Source: Natronospirales bacterium (GTDB lineage: Bacteria > Pseudomonadota > Gammaproteobacteria > Natronospirales > REEB76). Taken from it: DNA of 64,000 nucleotides. The notes beneath the pieces were generated by a model. It did not search any database and had not been told where the DNA came from. It saw nothing but the letters and a program-made list of their open reading frames with translations. The position numbers and the translations under genes were made by a program. Of this stretch, positions 36,600-45,571 are shown one piece after another. The stretch lies in assembly GCA_021816765.1 (NCBI GenBank), contig JAKAXB010000001.1:99692-163691 (forward strand). Direction: 5' to 3'. The number at the start of each line of letters is the position of its first letter. Position 1 is the stretch's first letter.

Positions 36600-37000
36600 A
36601 GCAAGACGAGGTTCCGCAACAGCATGCCAGGGCATTCATGGGCCACAGCAAGGTACTGTACGCGCTGGATGAGCAAGGCCACTATGCGGCAACACCCTGC
36701 AGCGGCTGGGAAGCCGAGGAGATTGTCCTCGATCAGGCCATAGCGGAATTCGAGCGCCGCGCCGCCGACGCCTGGCAACGCGCCCGGCAGGGCCGTGGTT
36801 CGGCGCTCGAATATCACATGTATCACCGGCGCATGGATCTTGTGCTGCTGGCGCAAAGCACCGGTTTCTGCAAATGGCGGGTGCGCCGGCATCTCAGACC
36901 CGGTGCGTTCCCAAAGCTGTCCGACCGGTGCAGACAGCGCTATGCCGAAGCCCTGGGTTTGACGCCAATGCAACTGGACACGCTCCCGGAGCAACCGTGA
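36596..37000 (+). CDS. hypothetical protein, possible C-terminal helix-turn-helix
   Basis: 134 aa. ATGA overlap upstream and GTGA overlap downstream. The segment MDLVLLAQSTGFCKWRVRRHLRPGAFPKLSDRCRQRYAEALGLTPMQL resembles XRE-like HTH proteins. Confidence 0.55.
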   Translation: MKQDEVPQQHARAFMGHSKVLYALDEQGHYAATPCSGWEAEEIVLDQAIAEFERRAADAWQRARQGRGSALEYHMYHRRMDLVLLAQSTGFCKWRVRRHLRPGAFPKLSDRCRQRYAEALGLTPMQLDTLPEQP

Positions 37001-38016
37001 ATGCCGCCCCAGCACCGCTCGATATCGGGATTCCCTTCGATCACCGGCAAAGCGCGCATTGCGAAAGCGGCGTGATCGCATCCCTGCTGCGCCATCAAAA
37101 CGTAGCGATCTCCGAACCGATGGCTTTCGGCATCGCCGCCGGATTGGGCTTCGCCTACCTGCCATTCGTCAAATTCGGCGGCTTGCCGCTGTTCGCTTAC
37201 CGCATGCCGCCTGGCAGCATCATCCGTGGCCTGACCCGGCGTCTCGGCATCGAGATGCACTTTGAAACCTTCCGGCAACCGGCAGCCGGCATGCAGGCAC
37301 TCGATCAGTATCTGTCCCGGGGACGGGCGGTCGGCATACAAACGTCGGCGTTCTGGTTGTCCTATTTCCCACCGGATATGCGCTTTCATTTCAACGCCCA
37401 CAATCTGGTGGTGTACGGAAAACGCGGCGACCACTACCTGATCAGCGACCCGGTGATTGATATCCGGGTCGAATGCGATGCGGATTCCCTGCGCAAAGCC
37501 CGCTTCACGCGCGGTGTGTTGGCGCCCAGGGGTTTGCTCTACTATCCGCGATATATTCCGTCGAAGTTGGATCTGCCGCGCGCCATCCGCAAGGCGATTC
37601 TCTACACCACCGGCATGATGCTCTACGTACCCGTGCCGATACTGGGTGTGCGCGGCATCCGCCTGGTATCACGAAAAATACGCAATTTGAACCCGCGCGA
37701 GGAGCATCGCAACAAGTTGCTGCTGGGTCACATGGTGCGCATGCAGGAAGAAATCGGCACCGGCGGCGCCGGTTTCCGTTTCCTGTATGCGTCCTTCCTC
37801 CAGGAAGCCGCCGGCGTGCTGGGCAAGCCCGGCCTCGCGGTCATTGCGGATGAACTGACCGCGGTGGGCGACGCATGGCGGCGCTTCGCGCTGCACGCCG
37901 CGAAAATGTGCAAGGGCCGGATGCCGATGGATTACGGCTTGCTGGCCGATGAATTGCTGCATTGCGCGCAGCGGGAACGCGGCATCTATAAACAGCTACG
38001 CGCCGAGATAAAATAG
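36997..38016 (+). CDS. BtrH-like (papain-fold, DUF4872-type) putative ACP-dependent acyltransferase
   Basis: 339 aa from a GTG start. The N-terminal FDHRQSAHCESGVIASLL matches my recollection of the BtrH N-terminal domain, with a candidate catalytic Cys. Confidence 0.55.
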   Translation: MNAAPAPLDIGIPFDHRQSAHCESGVIASLLRHQNVAISEPMAFGIAAGLGFAYLPFVKFGGLPLFAYRMPPGSIIRGLTRRLGIEMHFETFRQPAAGMQALDQYLSRGRAVGIQTSAFWLSYFPPDMRFHFNAHNLVVYGKRGDHYLISDPVIDIRVECDADSLRKARFTRGVLAPRGLLYYPRYIPSKLDLPRAIRKAILYTTGMMLYVPVPILGVRGIRLVSRKIRNLNPREEHRNKLLLGHMVRMQEEIGTGGAGFRFLYASFLQEAAGVLGKPGLAVIADELTAVGDAWRRFALHAAKMCKGRMPMDYGLLADELLHCAQRERGIYKQLRAEIK

Positions 38017-38856
38017 GGACCAGCCGCGTTCCGGATGCCCGTCCACGAGAAACAGAGTCCCCGGCTCACGGCTGACGGCAAATGCCGCAAGCCACGCCGC
38101 TTCCAGACTGTCGTGAAATGCACTGGTCGGGCCAGACAGCGCGCCGGCATCGAACCCCCGCTGCATCGTCTTGGCCGCGTGCGTTTCCATACTGCGGGCG
38201 CAACACAACCGGTCGCCCGTGCGCCAGACCGATTTCAGAAAATCCTCCAGCGTCGCAAACTCCGCGAAACGTTTCAGGTCCAGGGATCGGGAGTCACCTG
38301 TACCCGGCTGCAACACGAACCAATGGCTGCCTTCGGCCAGCGTCCGATCTTCGGGCAGGTGCTGGCGCAGACGATGCTCGCCGAGCGGGAGCGTGACTTC
38401 CTCCACCACGCCCACCAATGCCTGACCGACGACGCCGTGTGTCAGGTCCGCCATGGCTGCGCCCAGCACCGCTTGCAGGCTGGCACCGCGCCGGGAAATG
38501 AAAAAATTCTGGCCTCGCAAACCCAGATTTCTGGCGACGTGGAATCCAGCGCTGCTGCCCAGCGTGTTGACGAAATTGACCGGCTTGGGGATTTCCGCAT
38601 CGCGTATCAGTTGTTGCTGGGTCAGGATATTGTTGCCAATGGGCCCGAGACCGGAGCCGAGATAAATTCCGCAGTCCGGTTGCAGGGTGCGGCCGGCCAC
38701 GCAGCGCGCTGAGCCGAGCAGTGCCAGCTGGATGAACCGGTCAATGCGCCGGAATCGTTCCCGGCACAAATTTTTCAAGGCCGCTTCCAGTGGAGGCAGC
38801 GCGGCGCCGTCATGCACCGGTTGCAGGTAATCGCTGGCTGATATCGCCTGGATCAT
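37996..38856 (-). CDS. beta-ketoacyl synthase paralogue lacking the active-site Cys (chain-length-factor-like)
   Basis: 286 aa. KS-like fold with NTLGSSAGFHV where the KS Cys motif is expected. ATGA overlap with the KS gene. Confidence 0.7.
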   Translation of the reverse strand: MIQAISASDYLQPVHDGAALPPLEAALKNLCRERFRRIDRFIQLALLGSARCVAGRTLQPDCGIYLGSGLGPIGNNILTQQQLIRDAEIPKPVNFVNTLGSSAGFHVARNLGLRGQNFFISRRGASLQAVLGAAMADLTHGVVGQALVGVVEEVTLPLGEHRLRQHLPEDRTLAEGSHWFVLQPGTGDSRSLDLKRFAEFATLEDFLKSVWRTGDRLCCARSMETHAAKTMQRGFDAGALSGPTSAFHDSLEAAWLAAFAVSREPGTLFLVDGHPERGWSLFYLGA

Positions 38857-40004
38857 GGCGCGGTTTTTTCCAGTACCAGCACGGTATTGTTGCCGCCGAA
38901 ACCGAAATGGTTGAGCAGATAGTGGCCGTCCGGCGCCGCCTCCGGCGTGATGATCGGCTGCACGCCGAGCGCGGGATCGGGTGTTTCAAATCCGGGCGTG
39001 GCGGGCAGGAAGCTGCGTTGTAACGCGCCGGCGAACAGGATCAGTTCGTTGATCCCGCATGCGCCCAGCGTGTGTCCGAGATAGGGTTTGAGCACCGACA
39101 ACGGCGGCAGACCGGCAAACACCTGCCGTATCCCCAGGGCTTCGGCGGTGTCGCCCGCGGGCGTGGCGGTGCCATGCGCCTTGATGCCGCGCACCTGTCG
39201 CGGCCGCAAATGCGTCTGCTCCAGGGCCTGATTCAATACCGCCGCCACGGACTTGCCGTTGGTGTTGGCAGTGGTGACGCTCCAGGTGTCACAATTGCTG
39301 GCGCCGCCGATCACCCGCAGGCGGTTTGCGGAATCCGTTTCCGCTGACAGCACCACCGCACCGATGCCTTCGCCCAGCACGATGCCTTTGCGTGCTGCAT
39401 CGAAAGGGCGCAGTGCGTCTGCCACGATCTGCAAACCCGAGAAACCCGCCAGCGTGGTGCGATTGGCCCATTCCGCGCCCACCACCAGGGCGTGCCGGTA
39501 CCAGCCCAATTCGATCATGCGCAGCGCGCCCAGCAGCGCATTGGCCGATGCCGTGCAGGCGGTGTTGTAGGTGTACGTGTCGCCCCTGCAAGCGAGCGCG
39601 CGTTGCAGGATCGCGGCAATATCCTGATAACCGCACAAGGGCATGGGTATCGCGGTTTCCGATTGATGCGCCAATGCCGCCGCGTAACGCGATTCAGACA
39701 GGCCGATGGAAAAACAGGAAGAACCGATGAACAGCGGCAGCCGGTGGATTTCCTCGGGTGTCAGTCCGGCCTGTGCCACCGCGGCGCGCGCCACCGGTGG
39801 CAGCAGACGTTCCAAGCGTCCGGCATCAAACAACTCCGCGCGATCCGGGATGCGGTAATACGGCATCTGTAGGGGCTCATCGAATTCATCCAGCCGCAAC
39901 ACCACCGGGCGCACCTGCCTGCGCTGCATGGCGGACACGCCGCTTTCCGCATCCTCGCCCAGCGCGCAACTCAATCCCACACCTCGAATGTACGCGCCTG
40001 CCAT
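38853..40004 (-). CDS. beta-ketoacyl-ACP synthase (KAS I/II-type KS)
   Basis: 383 aa. Active-site motifs YNTACTASANAL, KAHGTATPAGD and GHTLGACG. Confidence 0.9.
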   Translation of the reverse strand: MAGAYIRGVGLSCALGEDAESGVSAMQRRQVRPVVLRLDEFDEPLQMPYYRIPDRAELFDAGRLERLLPPVARAAVAQAGLTPEEIHRLPLFIGSSCFSIGLSESRYAAALAHQSETAIPMPLCGYQDIAAILQRALACRGDTYTYNTACTASANALLGALRMIELGWYRHALVVGAEWANRTTLAGFSGLQIVADALRPFDAARKGIVLGEGIGAVVLSAETDSANRLRVIGGASNCDTWSVTTANTNGKSVAAVLNQALEQTHLRPRQVRGIKAHGTATPAGDTAEALGIRQVFAGLPPLSVLKPYLGHTLGACGINELILFAGALQRSFLPATPGFETPDPALGVQPIITPEAAPDGHYLLNHFGFGGNNTVLVLEKTAP

Positions 40005-40013
40005 GAATGATTG

Positions 40014-40283
40014 TCAGGGTACGCTGTCTGACAGGATAAAGTTGGCGAGAGTATTGATGGAAGTCAGCGCGACGCGTGTCTGATTGTTGCCATCAATGCG
40101 TTTTCCATACTGCTGTTTGACCGCCAGCGCGATCTGCAGAGCGTCCAGTGAATCCAGAGCCAGACCGCTCTCGCTGCCGATGAGTATGGCGTCATCCGGG
40201 ATCTGCTCCGGACGCAAATCCTTTTCGCATTCCCGGATAATCATTTGCTTGAGTTCGAGTTTGAGTTGTTCCCTGTCCATCAT
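40014..40283 (-). CDS. acyl carrier protein
   Basis: 89 aa with the phosphopantetheine attachment context GLALDSLDALQIA. ATGA overlap with the permease gene. Confidence 0.85.
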   Translation of the reverse strand: MMDREQLKLELKQMIIRECEKDLRPEQIPDDAILIGSESGLALDSLDALQIALAVKQQYGKRIDGNNQTRVALTSINTLANFILSDSVP

Positions 40284-41488
40284 CCCTTTCCTTCCCGCCT
40301 GCCGGGCCGCAGGCCCGCCAGCGCCAGGCAGGCAAGACCGAACGCAAGCAGGCGCAAGGCATCCGGCGCCACCGTCTGGAGTCCGCCGTGCCGCAGGAAT
40401 ACATCGAGAAAGCCGTCCAGCCCCCAGGCCATGGGTGAATACGCACTCAATGCCTGCATGAGCGGCGGCATCAGGAAGCGTGGCACCATGATTCCGCCCA
40501 GTGCCGCCATCAGCAAATTGGCCACGCCGGTGAAAATAGTCGCCTGTTCGCCGGTGGAGACGAGATTCGCCACCAGCAGGGCATAGGCCACGGAGGCGAA
40601 ACTCAGCGTCAAAGCCATGACAACAAGGGCCGGCGGCGAGTGTCCCAGGGTGAGCCGGTCGCCTCCGAACCAGGGCAGCACGATGAGTCCCACGAGCAGC
40701 ATCACGATCACCTGCAGGAGATTGATGCCGAGATAAGGCAGCAATTTGCCCAGCAGCAGCGCGCGAGTGTTCAACCCCATGCTGCGCAGCCGCGCGTAGG
40801 TGCCCTGCTGCCGCTCCTGCATCCAGGTGGTGGAGAGCGGAATGGCGATGAAAAACATGGCGAAAACCAGCCACGCCGGGACATTCTGCTGCACCGAGGA
40901 GGGGAATTCCATCTGCCCATGCGTCTGATACAGCGATCCGGCATGCAGCAACTTGTCTGCGGCGTCGAAATCAAAGCCCGGGACAGCGGTGGAAACCGGG
41001 GCAGGCATCATGTTTTTCAGACGCGCCAGCGCGTGTTCCGCATAGACCTGGCCCAGCGCGTTGTGCAACGCAGCCTCAAACAGTTTGTACACCGCCGGTT
41101 CGACTCCGGGCCCGGCCAGCATGCGCAGCGGCAACGGATGGGCGTGCAGCAGAGCCTTGCCGAAACCGCGCGGGATAATCACCAGGAACTGCACCTGGTC
41201 GCGGCGCACCCGAGTTGCCAGCGCTGTGGTCGGAACGTGCGCGGGCAAAGCGCTGAACCCCGGCACCGCGAGCAGCCGTTGCGTCAGCGCCGCGCTGACC
41301 GGTCCTGAATCTTCATTGACCAGGTAGTAGCTGATATGCACGGCCTGCTGTGAGGCAAAACTGTTTTGCAAGGCGAGCGACATGACCAGAATGAACACCG
41401 CCGGCATGACGAACAGCAGCAGCAGGGCATGCCAGTCGCGCAGCAGCATGATCCATTCCTTTTTGACGAGGGAATACAGCGTGCGCAT
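40280..41488 (-). CDS. ABC-2 type transporter permease
   Basis: 402 aa: N-terminal TM helix, a large periplasmic loop, then C-terminal ABC-2 membrane helices. Confidence 0.85.
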   Translation of the reverse strand: MRTLYSLVKKEWIMLLRDWHALLLLFVMPAVFILVMSLALQNSFASQQAVHISYYLVNEDSGPVSAALTQRLLAVPGFSALPAHVPTTALATRVRRDQVQFLVIIPRGFGKALLHAHPLPLRMLAGPGVEPAVYKLFEAALHNALGQVYAEHALARLKNMMPAPVSTAVPGFDFDAADKLLHAGSLYQTHGQMEFPSSVQQNVPAWLVFAMFFIAIPLSTTWMQERQQGTYARLRSMGLNTRALLLGKLLPYLGINLLQVIVMLLVGLIVLPWFGGDRLTLGHSPPALVVMALTLSFASVAYALLVANLVSTGEQATIFTGVANLLMAALGGIMVPRFLMPPLMQALSAYSPMAWGLDGFLDVFLRHGGLQTVAPDALRLLAFGLACLALAGLRPGRREGKG

Positions 41489-41489
41489 G

Positions 41490-42413
41490 TCAGTCCCTCA
41501 GCCGGTGTCCGGTCAGGTGCAGAAACAATTGCTCCAGATTCCCATAGCCGTATTTCACCCGGCTGGGCTTGAGCCCATGGGTTGCCAACAGTGCCATGAG
41601 GTGTTGGAAATCGGCCGCGGAGCATTGTGCAACGCGCAGCTCTGAACCCGCGACTTCCAGCCCGGGCCACGCAGCCAGTGCTTTGCACTGTTCGGCGGTA
41701 AGTGTGGATGCGAGCCCCACCACCAGCTGCTTGCTTTCACTGCCTCCCAACAGCTGCTCCAGGGTTCCCTGTACCAGCAGCCGCCCGTTGTCCAGCACGC
41801 CTATTTCATCGCACAACGATTCCACTTCCTCCATATTGTGCGAGGTATACACCACCGTGGTGCCCTGGCTGTTGATGCGGCGGATGGCTTTTAGAATGAA
41901 GTGACGTGACTGCGGATCAATGCCAACCGTGGGCTCGTCCAGAAACAGCAGACGTGGGCGGTTCAACAGGCCGATAGCCAGATTCAGCCGGCGTTTGAGA
42001 CCTCCGGAGAGTCTCTCCGCGCGCGTGCCATGGTGAGGTTCCAGGCCCGACACCGAGAGGGCTTCTTGAATGCGGACGCCGGTTTCTGCGGCCGGAATGG
42101 CGAGGACACCGGCGAAAAACGCCAGATTCTCCGCTATGCTCAAACGCGGATAAAAGGCATAGTCCTGCGGCACCAGCGCACTGAATGACCGGGTTTCCGG
42201 CCGCCGTGCCTGCAGCGATATACCTTCAATCTGCACCCGCCCGGGCGGAGAGGGCAGCAGACCGATCAAAATGGAAATCAACGTGGTCTTCCCCGAGCCA
42301 TTCGGTCCCAGCAGGCCGAACAGGCTCCCGTGCCGGACGCGGAGGGAGAGGTTGCTGATGGCGTCGTTATTTCCCCGTGGATAGCGGAAGCTCAAGCCGT
42401 CAATCTGAATCAC
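41490..42413 (-). CDS. ABC transporter ATP-binding protein
   Basis: Walker A GPNGSGKTT, signature LSGGLKRRLNLA, Walker B LLFLDEP. GTG 42413 is preferred (RBS gggaggga 7 nt upstream); the ORF track starts at 42482. Confidence 0.9.
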   Translation of the reverse strand: MIQIDGLSFRYPRGNNDAISNLSLRVRHGSLFGLLGPNGSGKTTLISILIGLLPSPPGRVQIEGISLQARRPETRSFSALVPQDYAFYPRLSIAENLAFFAGVLAIPAAETGVRIQEALSVSGLEPHHGTRAERLSGGLKRRLNLAIGLLNRPRLLFLDEPTVGIDPQSRHFILKAIRRINSQGTTVVYTSHNMEEVESLCDEIGVLDNGRLLVQGTLEQLLGGSESKQLVVGLASTLTAEQCKALAAWPGLEVAGSELRVAQCSAADFQHLMALLATHGLKPSRVKYGYGNLEQLFLHLTGHRLRD

Positions 42414-42741
42414 GCATCGCTCCCTCCCGTATCGCGCCTGACCCGTGATTTCTTTCACGTGTATGGGTGTGCAATTTAGCATGCCCGCCCGCGCTTTTGC
42501 AGCAGGCGTTCCCTGCGCCGCGCGTATATCCGCGCAGAATGCAACGATGGTCCATGCAGGTTGAATGGCAACGGAGGCGGTGCAAGGGACTCGATGGAAC
42601 CGACTTGATTGGGAAAAGAAATGAAAGCATCGGACAGAATGCCCGTGAGTCGGAGCGACCCGCTTGGCAGGAGCGCGATCGTGGCGCGATGTTGCAGAGT
42701 ATCGCGGCGGAGATCGCCATTCCCGCAGCCGGGGAGGCCGC

Positions 42742-43716
42742 TCAGTGCTGCGTTGGAGAATTGCCCAATGAACCGTTGCCGCACACCGGTATGGAAAAGT
42801 TCCGGTGCTGTTTTGCGAGCGATGCCGTCGGCGGCGGGAATTGTGCCTGCGCTACGACTCGCAGCGCGGCGTCATCCAGGCCGGTGTTGCCACTGGATTT
42901 TACCACGTGGACATCGGCCACTTTCTTATGCAGATATTGAAAGCCGATTTCTGCACAAGACGAATTGGTTGCGGGAACCGTTTTTCCGCCGGCAACATGG
43001 CGCATTTCCGGCGTGATTAGCGGACATGGGACATTTGCAAGAGAGAAACAGATGCCGAATTGAAATTTCAATAACGCATCACGCAACACGGGGGGTGGAG
43101 CAGGAAGTTTTATCGTCGAGAGCTCATCAATCACGGCCTGGTCAAGAACGCCGGATCCGCTGGATTTTACGATTTCCGGATTGATCACCTGACCGTTCCG
43201 ATATTCGAAGCGTGCCACCACTACTCCATAATTCCCCCTCGCCAGGGCCGTTCTCGGATAAGACACATGCTCTTGTATCACGCGGTGAATGGATTCTAAA
43301 AAACCATGGTTGATCGGGCCGATAAACAATTGCAGTTGAAAGCGATGGGGGGTATCGGCGCCGGGCCCCCTGGCGCGCGGCAACTGCATGGTCGGTATCT
43401 GGTCCGCGATGGCCGCATCCAGTAACGGTGAACCGGTGGACTGGATTATGCGGACTTCGCCCAGCCTTCCCTGGTGGTAGGTGAACCGTACCAGCGCAGT
43501 TCCTGATGCAAGGGGTTTGCGGACGGTGCTCTCATACGGGTATTGGATATCCGCTTGCACGGTCTTCCCCAACCTGTCTATCCAATGGGGATTATCCCAG
43601 TACGGCACTGGCGGGGAGCTTGCACAGGCGGTGAGCAGTGCCAATGCAGCGAGCACCGTTCCCGGGTGAATGCGCGGTTTAGTCAGCGGCACCGCCATTT
43701 TCCTGTCATGAATCAC
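42742..43716 (-). CDS. lipoprotein with three tandem TonB C-terminal-like domains
   Basis: Lipobox LALLTACAS. Three modules contain ...G.ALVRFTY..GRL.EVRIIQSTGSPLLDAA, ...GVVVARFEYRNGQV..PEIVKSSGSGVLDQA and ...VADVHVVKSSGNTGLDDAAL. Confidence 0.65.
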   Translation of the reverse strand: MIHDRKMAVPLTKPRIHPGTVLAALALLTACASSPPVPYWDNPHWIDRLGKTVQADIQYPYESTVRKPLASGTALVRFTYHQGRLGEVRIIQSTGSPLLDAAIADQIPTMQLPRARGPGADTPHRFQLQLFIGPINHGFLESIHRVIQEHVSYPRTALARGNYGVVVARFEYRNGQVINPEIVKSSGSGVLDQAVIDELSTIKLPAPPPVLRDALLKFQFGICFSLANVPCPLITPEMRHVAGGKTVPATNSSCAEIGFQYLHKKVADVHVVKSSGNTGLDDAALRVVAQAQFPPPTASLAKQHRNFSIPVCGNGSLGNSPTQH

Positions 43717-43978
43717 GGTTCAGTTGACAATGGCCAACTTGCACGATTCAGGGTAATTCAGAATGGCAGTGAAAACCAGCATGTCGCGTGTTGGAACGGC
43801 GGTACTTACTCCTTGCACCCGGAATCAGTTACCATGCATCAGCCGATTGAAAACCACATTCAGCCGTTTCCGTGGATACCAGGCGCAGATTCTGTAATAC
43901 CGATTCTGCTGCCGCCGAAGACCATCGAAGTCCGGAGCGGAGTGTATCCCGGATGAGTCACCTGAACACGGGTAACCG

Positions 43979-45355
43979 ATGAGCGACGCGCAGGTCCAAT
44001 GTTTCAAGGCTTACGATATCCGCGGGCGGGTGCCCGGCGAGCTGGATGCGGATCTCGCGGTGCGTATCGGCCGGGCGTTCGCCGAGTATCTTGATGCGCG
44101 CAGCGTGGTGGTGGGACGGGACGTGCGGTTGTCCGGTCCGTCTTTCGTACAGGCGGTGTCAGCGGGCCTCGCGGCTGGCGGTGCCGAGGTACTGGACCTG
44201 GGGATGTGCGGCACCGAGGAGATCTATCACGCCGTCAACCATCTGGGGTGCGACGGTGGTGTCATGGTCACGGCGAGTCACAACCCACCCGATTACAACG
44301 GCTTCAAGTTGGTGCGTGCCGGCGCGCGCCCCTTGAGTGAAGACACGGGATTGAGGGAAATCGCCCGACGTGCACTCAGCGACCGTCGCGGGATTCCGTC
44401 CGGTGCGGTCGCAGTGCAGCCGGTGAGCACCCGCGCTGCGTATGTGGCACAGCTGCTCGGTTGCATGACGGGCCCCCTGCGTCCGTTGAAACTGGTGGCG
44501 AATCCGGGTAACGGCGCCGCCGGTCCGGTGCTGGAGCAACTTTTCGCGCGCCTGCCCGTGCAGGTCACCTGGTTGTACCGGGAACCGGACGGCCGTTTCC
44601 CGAACGGCGTGCCCAATCCTCTGTTGCCGGAACACCGGGAGGCAACGGCCCGGGTTGTGCAAGAGACCGGGGCCGATCTCGGCCTCGCCTGGGACGGGGA
44701 TTTTGACCGTTGCTTCTTTTTCGACGAACAGGGCCAGTTCATCGAGGGCTATTACCTTGTGGGGTTGTTCGCCGGGATTTTCCTGCGCAAGTATCCCGGA
44801 TCGAAGATCATCCATGACCCGCGACTTGTCTGGAACACCATCGAGATGGTGGAACGCCTGGGCGGCATCCCCATCGAGTCCAAATGCGGTCATGCCTTCA
44901 TCAAGGAGCGCATGCGCACGGAGGATGCGGTCTATGGGGGCGAGATGAGCGCACACCATTATTTCCGGGAGTTCGCTTACTGCGACAGCGGCATGATTCC
45001 CTGGCTGCTGCTGCTTGAACTCCTGTCATCCACCGATGTACCGCTGTCGGAGCGGGTGCGGGCGCGTCAGGATAAATTTCCGGTGAGCGGCGAGATCAAC
45101 CGCAGTGTCGCGGATGCGGATGCCGCCTTGCAGCGGGTCCAGGAACGGTACGCGGGCGAGGCGGAATGCATCTCGTCCGTGGACGGTATCAGCATGGAGT
45201 TTACGGATTGGCGTTTCAATTTGCGCCGGTCCAACACCGAGCCGCTGCTGCGGCTGAACGTAGAGAGCCGCGGAGATGCACCACTGGTGAAGCGCAGGAC
45301 GCAGGAGATTCTGGCGCTGATGGATGCGCATGCGGCGCGCGGCAGTCGGGCATAA
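43979..45355 (+). CDS. phosphomannomutase/phosphoglucomutase (AlgC/ManB type)
   Basis: Active site TASHNPPDYNGFK and metal site DGDFDR; 458 aa. Confidence 0.9.
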   Translation: MSDAQVQCFKAYDIRGRVPGELDADLAVRIGRAFAEYLDARSVVVGRDVRLSGPSFVQAVSAGLAAGGAEVLDLGMCGTEEIYHAVNHLGCDGGVMVTASHNPPDYNGFKLVRAGARPLSEDTGLREIARRALSDRRGIPSGAVAVQPVSTRAAYVAQLLGCMTGPLRPLKLVANPGNGAAGPVLEQLFARLPVQVTWLYREPDGRFPNGVPNPLLPEHREATARVVQETGADLGLAWDGDFDRCFFFDEQGQFIEGYYLVGLFAGIFLRKYPGSKIIHDPRLVWNTIEMVERLGGIPIESKCGHAFIKERMRTEDAVYGGEMSAHHYFREFAYCDSGMIPWLLLLELLSSTDVPLSERVRARQDKFPVSGEINRSVADADAALQRVQERYAGEAECISSVDGISMEFTDWRFNLRRSNTEPLLRLNVESRGDAPLVKRRTQEILALMDAHAARGSRA

Positions 45356-45571
45356 ATGAACACGCCGGTCACGCGGGTGTCGGCTGCTCGTGGCGGGTGC
45401 GGCGTGCGTCCCTGTCCCGCGCATCGGCCGGATTTCCAACTGACACCCACGCTGCACTGACTCGGCGCACACATCGGGGCGTTTGAGGTTGTGGCGCATG
45501 TCTTCGGGAGACTGCCGCCGCACGGCACACCTCCTGTTTGGGAGGCAGGGGTAGGCAAGCGATGCGCGTCA

